Made by a program: the position numbers and the translations under genes. Positions 51,234 through 63,100 of a DNA stretch of 64,000 nt are shown piece after piece. Numbering within the stretch: the stretch's first letter is position 1; the number at the start of each line of letters is the position of its first letter. The notes under the pieces were generated by a model. The model saw only the letters and a list, made by a program, of their open reading frames with translations. It was not told the origin of the DNA and did not search any database. The stretch comes from Eledone cirrhosa (taxonomy: Eukaryota): positions 5,270,001-5,334,000 of the forward strand of contig OZ024750.1 of NCBI GenBank assembly GCA_964016885.1, written 5' to 3'.

Positions 51234-51753
51234 CATGGTGATTGAAAAGTAACTCCCTATTGAATGCTGAAAAGTACCTCAGCGTGCTGCAAGATGAAAT
51301 CTGGCCAGTTATCAATACTTGGGAAAATATTGAAGATTTGATTTTCCTATTGTTGTTTGTAAATGTCTGAATGCCGACTTCCCTGGGAGATGGATGTGTC
51401 ATCATGGTACACAGGAGTGGCCAGCCAGAAGCCCTGACTTAACACCCTGTGACTTTTTTCTTTGGGATTGGTTCAAGGAGCAAGTCTACTCCACCAAAAC
51501 AACGACTTTGGAAGAACTTGAAAGGTGAATACGAGAAGTTATGTCTTCCATCCCACAAGAGTTCCTGGTGAAATCAGTTGATGTGGTTCCCGGGCAGCTT
51601 GAGAAGCTGGCTGCGAATTCTGGTGGCCATATTGAATTTTAAATAAAACTCCATGCTATACGCTTTCTTCTCATATTCATTTCTTGTGAAAATTATAGTT
51701 AGAAAATAAATTATAAGAATTTTAAAATAGGGAGTTACTTTTCAATCACCCTG
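51234..51753 (+). mobile_element. Internally deleted Tc1/mariner element
   Basis: TA-flanked TIRs CATGGTGATTGAAAAGTAACTCCCTATT / AATAGGGAGTTACTTTTCAATCACCCTG; transposase C-terminus remnant WPARSPDLTPCDFFLW...GGHIEF. Confidence 0.9.
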
Positions 51754-51779
51754 TATATATATATATAACTAAAACTTAC

Positions 51780-51851
51780 CAGCCAAACCAAGCTGCTTCA
51801 AAAGATCTTTCTCCTCAATAGGACTGTAACATGTCCCATATACCATTGGTC
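51780..51851 (-). CDS. RNASEH2A: RNase H2A 72-bp exon (second coding exon)
   Basis: ttacag| ... |gtaagt; (G)PMVYGTCYSPIEEKDLLKQLGLA. The preceding DEAGRGPVL exon was not found in the window. Confidence 0.93.
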
Positions 51852-51903
51852 CTGTAAAGATATAAGATATAAACCGATGAAAACATTACCTAATATATAT
51901 ATA

Positions 51904-52233
51904 CAGTTGTCCCCTGGTATTTGTGGGGGTAACATTCCTGGAGCACCCGCGAAGAGTGAAAAACCGCAAATATTGGACGTGGTCCATAAAAATGCCTATA
52001 ACCGTCAAAATATAATAAAAAAAAAGAGGGAGCGTCTTATGCAAAGGGGCGTCCAATAGGCCAGCAAATATGGTGTATTGTTATTAATAACTTAGCGGTA
52101 AAAAAATATATTGCCACGAAAAATGACATTTAAAAAATTCCACGAATATGCGGTGATTTCCATGAACAATTAATTAGGTTCTAAGGAAAATTCCACAAAT
52201 AACCAGGACCGCAAATGCTAGGGGTACACTCTG
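51904..52233. mobile_element. Tigger/pogo-like MITE
   Basis: TA|CAGTTGTCCCCTGGTATTTGTGG ... CCGCAAATGCTAGGGGTACACT, imperfect inverted ends. Confidence 0.55.
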
Positions 52234-54563
52234 TGTGTGTGTGTGTGTGTCATCATCATCATCGTTTAACGTTCATATATATATATATAGGATGTCCCAA
52301 AAGATGTATACACACTTTGATTACCTGTACAAGCAATACTTATTAGAATGCTGTTGAAGTGTGTATACATTTTTTGGCACACCAACAATTGTAACAACAT
52401 TCCAACTAGACAAACTTTACATGGTTGCTCCATTTTACTACTTTAGGCACAAGGCCAGCAATTTTGGGGTGCAGTCGATTAAATCGACCCCAGTGGGTGA
52501 CTGGTACTTTATTTTATTGACCACTTAAGGATGAAAGGCAAAGCTAGCCTCGGAGGGATTTTAAATCAGAATGTAAAGGGCCATAACTGTGCTGCTAAGC
52601 ATGGTGTCTGACGCTCTACCGATATTGCCAATCAATCGCCCTCGTTAGAGTAAATAATTGTTTCTCCTTTTGGCACAAGGCCAGCAATTATCCTAGTGTA
52701 TTACTGGTACTTTATTTTATCGACGCCGTAAGGGTGAAAGGCAAAGTTAACCTCGGCAGGATTTTAACCTAAAACGTAAAGGGACGTAACTCTATGCTGG
52801 AAAGTATGGTGTCCAATCCTCCACTGATACTGCCATTCCACCTCTGCTAAGAAAAAATATTTTTCTACTATTCCTTACACATACCCTTATTACATAATCT
52901 TAACAACAATTTATATAAATGTAGAATTCACACATAATAATAATGATAATAATAATTGTTTCTACTTTAAGCACAAGGCCAGCAATTACCCAGTGCATTA
53001 CTGGTACTTTATTCTATCGACCCTGTAAGGATGAAAGGCAAAGTCAACCTCGGCGGGATTTGAACTCAGATCGTAAAGGGACGTAACTATGATAATAATG
53101 AAATTATTGTGTCATGCTGAGGTACACTACAACAAACTGAAAAGGTTTACCGGGAACCCTACTCCCGACCAGGATCGAACTTCAGACCTGGCTTACCGCC
53201 GTCTATGATTCCTCCCACGAAGTCACTGAAACATGCTTTATATGAGCTCCAATCTCCCAAGAGAAGAAAAGAAACTTGCCTATTCAGAACTACAATTTGT
53301 ATAACAGGTAAAACAGCAAATTCATGGGAAAAGAGAAAGAAAAATATATAGAAGTAGTGTAACTATAAAAGCAAACAGAGATTGGCAGTTACAGTGTTTG
53401 TGAATTGAACAAAGACAGCATAGGGTTTCAGATGACGTTTCTGGCGTCATGATAAAATACACTCATTAAGATTGTCGGCGTCATGAAAGTCATTGAGTTG
53501 TAGAAACCACAACAATGTCAGTATGGAACATAATAAGCAAGACGAGGTCGCTCCAACCCATCTGGTCTTCAACCACAACAATTTATTCAACCCATGCCAG
53601 CATCCCACAGACACACCACACATACTCTCAACAGAATTCTCAGGGAGATTCAGCATGACACAATGTGTAACAAGGCTGATCCTTCGAATTGAATGGACTG
53701 GAGCAATATGAAATAAAGTATCTAGTTCATGGACCCAATGGATCACTGGGAATTGAACTGACAACCTTATGATTGTGAGCTGAACACCCTAACCACTAAG
53801 ACATGTATGTACCTGCTAACAAATATATCTAAGTCTAAAGTCTGTCTTAAGCCAAAGGCTCATTTGGCCGGTGCTTATCCCGGTTTCATGGCGTGAAATG
53901 ACTGAGAGTACAAGACTTCCCCCTGGACAGGAAGCCAGTCCATCGCAGGGTTAAACCCCCAGCTATTGCTGGTACTCATTTTCAGCTGAGTATACTGGAG
54001 CAATGTGAAATGAAGTGTTTTGCTCAAAAACACAACGCGCAACCCAGGAATCAAACCCACAACACCCTTACCACTAGGCCACATGCTAACAAATATATAC
54101 ATAGTGAAAATTTGTTGTGGCAAAATGCGTGATTCAATTTAATCCATAACACATTTCATCATACCTCAACACCAAATACGCAGTTGCTGTGGGTGTATGA
54201 TAGATAGATACATACATACATATATATATATATGCATGTGTATGTATAATATATATATATACACACACACACATACATGGGAGAGGGGATAACACACAAT
54301 TTGAGAAATACAATGCAACTTGTTTCCTTTTAAACTGGGAGCGGTGATACATATTTGTGAACGTGTGTGTATGTGCACATGTTCCTGTCTGTGTGTGTTT
54401 GTGTACACACACACACAAAAGAACATGGAATTAATTATATCTATGTTAAATATGATTATTATAGTTCTATAAAAAAGATTTGACAACTAAGAAGAAAACA
54501 GTGACACTTGGATATTAAAAATAATAATAATAATGAAATTATTGTGTAAAGTGCTCAGGTGCA

Positions 54564-57459
54564 CTACAACTCGTCAAAGGTGTATGTATAGTACATAGAA
54601 TAATACACAAATGTCAGGGAAGTACATGTGTGTATGTGTGAGCTGTAGTGTTGGCGGATCTCGGGAAGCATGGAGGCCTGAAAGGATGCAGTGTCTCGAC
54701 AGCTAACAACTGATGCAGGTAGTTTGTTCCATGCTTCAGCAACTCTGAGCGTGAAAAAATGTTTCCGAAAGTCATGGGAACTGTGCTGTTTTCTTACTTT
54801 GTGGGCATGTCCACATGTGTTAGACACATGGAAATCAAAAAGGTACTCAGGGTTGTTGTTGGCAACATGGTTAACAATTTTGTGGGTGTTTACCAAGTCA
54901 GTTGCCAGGCGTCGGAGCTTCAATGAATCCATGCCCAGGGAAGCAAGGCGCTCAGAGTATGGTAGATGCCTGATGGAGAGTATTCGCTTGGTTGCACGTC
55001 TCTGAACAGTTTCCAGGCGGTCAATGTTCTGAGCAAGATAGGGGTTCCAGACTGGTGATGCAAATTCTAAGTGTGGTCGCACCATAGCTGTATACAGCCT
55101 TAAATAGATATCTGGAGAGCGGCTGACAAAGGTCTTGCTGAGTGATGCTAAGACACCCTCGGCCCTCTTGACAATTTTAGAGACGTGCCTCGTCCAACGC
55201 AAATCGCTGCTGACCGTAATGCCCAGGTCACGTTCACAGGAAGACTTCTTGATATTAGTGCTGTGGAGGGAGTATGTGGACGCTGGGTTTTTACTCCCAA
55301 AATGCATGGTGGTGCACTTGTCCACAGCTAGCTTGAGTTGCCAGTCTGAGATCCATTGTTGCATTGTGTCCAGGTCAGACTGCAAGCAAGATCTATAGTG
55401 TTCAGGATTTGTCCTTTTTATCTCAAGGTACAGCTTGATGTCGTCTGCGTACTTTAGTACTGTGGCATTCCTTAAGTTGGCATCTATGTCATTAATATAT
55501 GCCACAAACAAAAGGGGGCCAAGAACAGATCCCTGTGGTACACCAGATGACATCTCATATGGTGAGGAATGCTGTCCCAGAACCGTGACTACCTCTCTTC
55601 GACTGAGAATGAAGGACTTCAACCAGTTAAAAAGATCATCCTTCACACCCATTGCAGAGAGTTTTGCCATAAGCCTTTTGTGTGGCACAGAATTGAAGGC
55701 CTTCGCAAAGTCAAGGTAAACAACATCCACCCATGAGCCGCCATCAGTGATCCGGGTGATGTCCTCAAGAAACTCTATAAGTTGATCACAGTAGCTGGAG
55801 TTGGGGATAAATCCAAATTGCGAGGACCGGATAAGTCTGTGAGAGCTCCAGAAGTTCCAAAGTGTTTCTCTGACACAGGATTCCATCAGTTTGGCGATGC
55901 AACTAGTAAGACTGACTGGATGATAGTTCACAGGTGATGTGCAGTCACCCTTTTTGAACAGAGGAATGACACTGGCAGTTTTCCACTGTTCTGGAGTAGC
56001 ACTGTTGTTCAGACAGAATTGGAAGAAGCGTGATAACTGGTGTAGAAGGAAGTACCCACCACATTTAAGAAGCAGGTACGTAACACCATCAAGACCAGGA
56101 GAGGCATGGTTGCGTTTATTTTTTAGGTGACGTCGCAGCATTGCAGGTGTAAATTCCATGGTTGTAATAGAATCCGGTGTCATAGGTGGTGGAGATGGTA
56201 CACTCTGGTCTTCAATAGTTAAAATGCCTGCATAGCATTCAGCAATGAGCTCTGCACATTCCTTGGGGTCATCAGTAACCTGGCTTGTGTGGGGATTGCG
56301 AAGAGGACCAACTGGAGAGTGAGGCCTCTGCTTTGAGTGAACATACTTCCAGAACACCTTACTGTCAGGGCTGGTTGCTATGCGCTGCTCAAATTGAAGC
56401 ACTGCCTTTTTTGTCACCTGTTTGAGGTGGTTGGATGATCTATTTCGCCTCTTCCTATTAATGTCTGATTTGTGAAGTTTGTACTCACGTTCAGCATTGC
56501 GCCGTTTTTTTCTGGCAAGACGGACTGCTGCAGTCTCCCAAATTGTGCTTTTGGGATGTTTTTTCCGCTTACGTGGCACCGATGCTGCACATGCTGTCCA
56601 TATTGAGCTCAGGATGTTCTGGAGTACAGTGTTGACATCTCCAGAGTCGTAGAACTCAAGCCAGTTTGGCCGTTGCAACTCGGTGCAGTAACAGTTCCAG
56701 TCTGCTTTATTCCAGTCAAAGTAAGCAGCTTGGAGATGGTTGTGGTTCTTGTTACTGCCCATGAGGGATAGATTGGCAATGATCATAGCATGATCAGAGT
56801 CACCTAAAGGTTCCTCAGCAGTAACACTAATGACCGTTTCAGGAGTAGTGGTGAAGAGTAGGTCCAAAGTGTTGTCACCTCTCGTTGGGGAGGTGACCAC
56901 CTGGGACCAACTCGAGTCCAGCACTAGCTCAAGGAATTCATTTGCACTTGGCAACCAACGAAAGGTTTCCCAGTCAATCTCAGGGTGATTGAAGTCACCT
57001 GCAATGAAAACATAAGTGGCTGTCTTCCTGGTAGCAGCTCTGAGGATATCACAAAGTTGAGTGTCCTGATGGTAATTTGGGGGACGGTAAACGACTCCAA
57101 GTAACAGTGTTGACATGGTCATACGTATATCGCAGAAAAAAAACTTCCTGCTGTGATTGGTTCAAATGAGCACAAGGAATTGCCGACCGAACGTAGACCA
57201 TTACACCACCACCACCACGATTAATGCGGTCTTTACGAAACAGGTTGTAGCCAGTCATGCTGAAAACCCCATCACAGAGTAAGGGATGTGCCCAAGTTTC
57301 TGTGACTGTAATGAAGTCAGGGTTGATACTTTTGACGTAGGAGTCAAAAAGATGAATCTTATTGCATAGACTACGTGCATTCAAGGACAACAATTTGTAC
57401 CTTGATTCCAGTCTATGATTATGTGCAGGGGATGGCAGGTTGTTCTGATTTAGTTTCCC
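54564..57459 (-). CDS. LINE ORF2: APE endonuclease + reverse transcriptase, with one +1 frameshift in an 8-T run (57136-57143)
   Basis: SLNARSL, VTETW, GVVYRPP, GDFNHP, PTRGDNTLDL, SDH (APE); YLDFAKAF, SGVPQGSVLGPLLF, KYADD (RT); RPHLEFASPVWNPY and FFTLRVAEAWNKLP (CR1-like C-terminus). Confidence 0.88.
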
Positions 57460-57880
57460 AGAGTTTTTTCAGTTTCTTTATTGTCAGTTGTTGTGGGTAC
57501 AGTGTTTTCAGACCAGCTGGTGTCTCTTTTCCATGATTCGCCAGCCTTAACAAACTTCCATATCTGCCCATCATCTCGTAGGCTGAAGCTTTCATGTTCT
57601 GCCGAGCTGCGGTTTAAGGAAGTTGCAGCACGCAACTTTGGGCGGACATCAGGTGGAAGACCAGGGCGTGTTCGGAAAGCAATCCGACTTTCACGCCTAG
57701 CTTTATCAGAGGCTACAAGGTATGAACGTGCCTCAGTTGAGTTTGAAAACGACAGTCTAATTAACCTGGGTTTCAGGCCTGGTCGGCCAAGGCGTAGAGC
57801 ATCCTTTGCGGGAGCACAGCCCAGGTCTTTGGATGAACTGGCAGCAAATGCCTGAAGATCAACTATGTCTTCTGGTACAC
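57450..57880 (-). CDS. LINE ORF1 C-terminal part (RRM/CTD-like)
   Basis: VPEDIVDL...ALRLGRPGLKPRLIRLSF...RTRPGLPPDVR...KTLGN*; pattern typical of CR1/L2 ORF1. Confidence 0.65.
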
Positions 57881-57960
57881 ATTTATGTAGCTTTCTTCTT
57901 TTATTATTGATTTTTAATGGAGAAAAGACATGTTTGAACAAAATTATTCACTGGAAAGTG

Positions 57961-58272
57961 ACAACATAGGTGAATCTGTTGACATGTTGACATGCCTCAC
58001 AACAGAGGTGAATCTGTTGACATGTTGACATGCCTCACAACAGAGGTGAATCTGTTGACATGTTGACATGCCTCACAACAGAGGTGAATCTGTTGACATG
58101 TTGACATGCCTCACAACAGAGGTGAATCTGTTGACATGTTGACATGCCTCACAACAGAGGTGAATCTGTTGACATGTTGACATGCCTCACAACAGAGGTG
58201 AACCTGTTGACATGTTGACATGCCTCACAACAGAGGTGAACCTGTTAACATGCCTCACAACAGAGGTGAACC
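57961..58272. repeat. 38-bp minisatellite, about 8 copies
   Basis: (ACAACAGAGGTGAATCTGTTGACATGTTGACATGCCTC)n. Confidence 0.92.
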
Positions 58273-58338
58273 TATTCTGGTTTCAAGTCCTAATGAATGT
58301 TCACAAAAACACTTGGTTTAACTCACCCTGGTGTCACT

Positions 58339-58632
58339 ATAAAATGCACCCAGTACACTCTGTAAAGTGGTAGTGCTGGTGTTACGATAAAATACACCCA
58401 GTACACTGTAAAGTGGTAGTGCTGGTGCTATGATAAAATACACTCAGTACACTCTGTAAAGTGGTAGTTCTGGTGCTATGATAAAATACACTCAGTACAC
58501 TCTGTAAAGTGGTAGTTCTGGTGCTATGATAAAATACACTCAGTACACTCTGTAAAGTGGTAGTTCTGGTGCTATGATAAAATACACCCAGTACACTCTG
58601 TAAAGTGGTAGTGCTGGTGTCACAATAAAATG
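58339..58632. repeat. 48-bp tandem repeat, about 6 copies, from the (CAT)n-tailed dispersed repeat family
   Basis: (ATAAAATACACTCAGTACACTCTGTAAAGTGGTAGTTCTGGTGCTATG)n; similar monomers at about 19850-19980 and 48960-49150. Confidence 0.9.
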
Positions 58633-59449
58633 CACTTGGAGAGGTCATAAAACACTTGACAAGACTATACATGAAATACAGATTAGCAATCTTAATGACT
58701 GAGACTTTCTCATTTTTATCTCTTAGCATTTAACTAGATTTTGCTGGCTCACAGGAGATTTTAGTGTCTTATGTCTTTAACCTTTTAATATTTACGTTAC
58801 TCTATATTTACAATGCTTTTGATCTCAAAGGCATAATTCAAATAATATTTAATCTAGGAGATTTTGATATTTATTTTGAGATCAATACAGTAACATTAGT
58901 ATAAGCGGTCTGTATGAACAGGAAGAGATAAGAGAATTCTGGACGGATGTGGTCAGTTGAAATGCTGAAGGGTTAATGTTGATTCATTTCTCATGATTCA
59001 GCCTACACACTATGGGAAATGTATGAAGTCTTATTATGTTCAAGGAAACATCTCGGTCGCAGTTTTAAAGAAAATTTATTTAAATGTCTTTTATCATTGG
59101 CAAGATATGACTTGTTGGTTAGTGCAGGAGAGATGTTGCGTATTTCCAGCTCCAGGGATTGGTATAAAGTATGATATATCCAAGTAGATAAAAATATTAA
59201 ACTACCTATAAAATTTAATTCAATGCAGGTGTTGCATTCTCTTAATTCACCTACCTTTTCAGAACAATTAGCAGGTCATCAAAAGATATTACCTGTGACA
59301 CACCTGCATTTAAACAAACCAATGAAGGAGCCACTACATATTTGCTTCCCCTGCTAGAAGTAGCAACCAAATATCCCTCAAATTATACTCTATTTTCTTG
59401 GATAATGTAATTCTAGATACAGCTCAAGAGCCCTAGATAGAGTCTTAAT

Positions 59450-60112
59450 TTGATATTTTCTACACCTGTACAAAACCATTTTGTGCAGGTAACTTGACAT
59501 TTAGTACATCTGTACAAAACCATTTTGTGCAGGTAACTTGACATTTTCTACACCTGTACAAAACCATTTTGTGCAGGTAACTTGACATTTTCTACACCTG
59601 TACAAAACCATTTTGTGCAGGTAACTTGACATTTTCTACACCTGTACAAAAGCATTTTGTGCAGGTAACTTGACATTTTCTACACCTGTACAAAACTATT
59701 TTGTGCAGGTAACTTGACATTTTCTACACCTGTACAAAACCATTTTGTGCAGGTAACTTGACATTTTCTACACCTGTACAAAACCATTTTGTGCAGGTAA
59801 CTTGACATTTTCTACACCTGTACAAAACCATTTTGTGCAGGTAACTTGACATTCAGTACACCTGTACAAAACCATTTTGTGCAGGTAACTTGACATTTAG
59901 TACACCTGTACAAAACCATTTTGTGCAGGTAACTTGACATTTTCTACACCTGTACAAAACCATTTTGTGCAGGTAACTTGACATTTAGTACACCTGTACA
60001 AAAGCATTTTGTGCAGGTAACTTGACATTTTCTACACCTGTACAAAACCATTTTGTGCAGGTAACTTGACATTTAGTACACCTGTACAAAACCATTTTGT
60101 GCATGTAACTTG
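59450..60112. repeat. 44-bp hairpin-forming minisatellite, about 15 copies
   Basis: (TTGACATTTTCTACACCTGTACAAAACCATTTTGTGCAGGTAAC)n. Confidence 0.95.
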
Positions 60113-63100
60113 ATACACCTGGTTGATAGTGAACTGACATTACTGGTTGGTAGACCTCTTGCAGAACCCTAGGGTTCCAGAGAACACCAGTTGAAAAACG
60201 CTGGGCTAAGCATTTACATAGGCACGTGTACCTTTAATATAGTTCTCAGGTAGATTCAGCATGACTGTGTGTAACAAGGCTGGCCCTATGAATTACAGGT
60301 ACAACTTATCTTTGTCTGCTGAGTGGACTGGAGCTATGTAAAATAAAGTGTCTTCCTAAAGGACACAACGTACTGCCAGGAATCGAACTAAAGATCCTAC
60401 CATTGGCATCAGGAAGGGCACCCCGCCGACCATAGACTATCCCTCGAAAAGGTCTTGTGAAACCCATGACAACATGAAAAAGTAGTCGGTAAAAACAATG
60501 ATGATAATATAATGATTTAATGAGCGTGTTTTAGTTCCAATTACAAACATCAACTGAAAAAGTATCCAATACATTTAAGTAACTAACAACCCTTTCGTTG
60601 GAAAAAATAGATTCGTCTTTGTAATCTCTCTCTCTCTCCCTCTCTCTGTGTGTGCGAAAACACAAGTGCAAACAAGAAAAAAAACACTCGTAAAATGGAC
60701 GGAGAGGGAGGGGCTGGACGATGAGGGGACGAATGGACGGAGGTAGAGAGAGAGAGATGGACAGAAGGGAAAGAGAGAGGGAGAAGGATTATTGCGTTTT
60801 AATTAATCCAACTCTGGAAAATCCAAATGAAAGTTGTTAAGACGAAAATAGTATCATAAAAGAATTGTATAGAATGGTAATTAAATTGTTTCCACGTACC
60901 TATCCTACAAACTATACACAAGTTCAAATAAAAATACACACACCTAATCTCTCCCTTATACAGAACTTGGGTTATACAATATCATGCATAACTAACAAAA
61001 ATTAAGTTTCACTTTATTTTACTGATAAGAATTAATGTCGAAATAACTAGTAGATATTCTACATTGATGCTAAACCATTCTCGTGGCGTCTTCCCCACAT
61101 TCTATTAACTATTTTTAACATTATGAGGTCGCTGTACACAATATCTAGGAATTTAACACTCCTCTCAATTAACTGACATTATTACTAGGAGTCCAAATCC
61201 CGCCGAGGTTGACTTTGCTTTTCATCCTTACGGGGTCGATAAATAAAGTACCAATAATGTACTGGGTAATTGCTGGCCTTGTGCCTAAAGTAGAAACAAT
61301 TATTACTAGGAGTCAACTAATCCAAATACACAGTTTTCGGTGTCGTAATAGTGCTACGTTCCTTTACGGTCTGAGTTCAAATCCCGCCGAGGTTAACTTT
61401 ACCTTTCATCCTTACGGGGTCGAGAAAATAAAGTACCAGTAATGCACTGGAATAATTGCTGGCCTTGTGCCAAAAGTAGAAACAATTATTACTAGGAGTA
61501 AACTGATCCAAATACACAGTTTTCGGTGTCGTAATAGTGCTAATACTAAGAATAATGCTCTATGAAATGAATATTTTTCAGATATTACGTACTAAATTTT
61601 AAATGCAAGAACGACGTTCACGTTTGACCAGAAATTTTGAAATTGGGGAGGAAAAAAAAGTTTTATTTTCTAATGTAAATAATAAAAGAGGGAAAAAAGG
61701 TAGCAGAAGGCATACTCAATCACACAAAAAGCGATAGAGTTTCCCCTCTACTGATTTTTAGGCAAGCTAACACGCGGCATTACTGCGGGCATTTGCTGAT
61801 ACCTCAGTAAAGCGAGCCGTTAACAATAATGACAATAACCTCAAATTACTTTATATGGATAAAAGTCCCCTTTGATTTGATTTTTTTAAATGTTACTATT
61901 TATTTCACTTTATCCTTGTATCTATTTTCGTTTTCTATATTTATTCCGGTTAAGTACTTAATTGGTTGATGTCATAGTCTCAGTAATTTCTCGTTGACTC
62001 CCACAGGAAATAATGACGTCCAGAATCTTCCGACAATAACATGAACAACGTAATTGAATAGGTGGCTCCTTCTCGTGTTTCTCAACTCATCTTAAGTATG
62101 CGGCACCGTGTCTACAACTAAACCATGGATAGCTCTATCTTCAAACATAATACAAACGTTAGCCATCGCTTGACTAACTATTGCGTCTTAAATAAACACT
62201 GAATATATAGTAAATTTATTCTTTGTCGAAGTAGAACTTTAGTAAAAGGTTCAAACAATAAAATCAAAAGCAGTAACGTTATTATAGCAGCCTAAGTACT
62301 TATAGATGGTAGGAATTTATATAATTATGTTTCAGAAAATTAAAGTCTGTTCCAAGTTCCAAGCCCGAAGGTTTAAGTCGGTGGTGTTTATCCTATCCAG
62401 CGAGTAAGAATACAACGCAACCATATGGGCAGGACGCCATTCACTTGCAGGGTTTACTCCCTGCTACTGAATATACTGGAACACCTAACCACTAGGCCAC
62501 GAGCCACGAAGACATTTTTTCGAAATTTTGTATAACAGGATATATGAATAGCCCCACTTAAAACAAAAAACAGGAATTTGAAAAATCATTTAAAATGTTG
62601 TCTATCATTTTATTTCTTCAGAAAACATGGCTTAAAACAATTCTATAGTCACGCCTTGTACTAGAACAAAAATTATAAATGATTTCAAAAAATAAATATT
62701 ACAGATATATGATGAATGAGTAAAATTGAAATTCTTTTGATGAGGTGAAAGCACCATAGTGAATCTTGCAAAACTTGGAGTGGTATCATATTTTTGTTCG
62801 TGGTATCATATTAATTGTTCATTGTAATTCATAGTACCATGCAACCTCCAAACAGGTCAATTACCGCTGTATAAACATATATACACGAGTCAATAGTTGT
62901 TTCATATTATATTGAGCATCATTGCATTACATTCTTATGTGTTTATTAAAACAATTAATTAACCCTTGTGTTACCATATTTCTAACAAAAGACACTGCCT
63001 ATGATTCTCAATTAATTCTGGAAATAATCAAATATTTGGGAAGATTTGGCTTATATAACTAACTTTTTTTTATTTAACAGAGGTTCTTACTAAAAATTAT

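Larger units (their letters stand above)
54521..57880 (-). mobile_element. CR1-type LINE, 5'-truncated within ORF1, with near-intact ORF2 and (ATT)n tail
   Basis: GC-rich block with the ORF1 C-terminus, APE and RT domains and a 3' tail ...CACAATAATTTCATTATTATTATT; lies in the presumed RNASEH2A intron 1, same strand. Confidence 0.93.

Noticed and set aside
54160-54195. Minus-strand CVFGVE as RNASEH2A exon 1
   Set aside because: It is followed by V and a stop rather than the DEAGRGP motif.
59450-60112. CRISPR-like array of palindromic repeats
   Set aside because: The 17-bp intervening sequences are near-identical rather than unique spacers, there are no cas genes, and the context is eukaryotic; it is a minisatellite.
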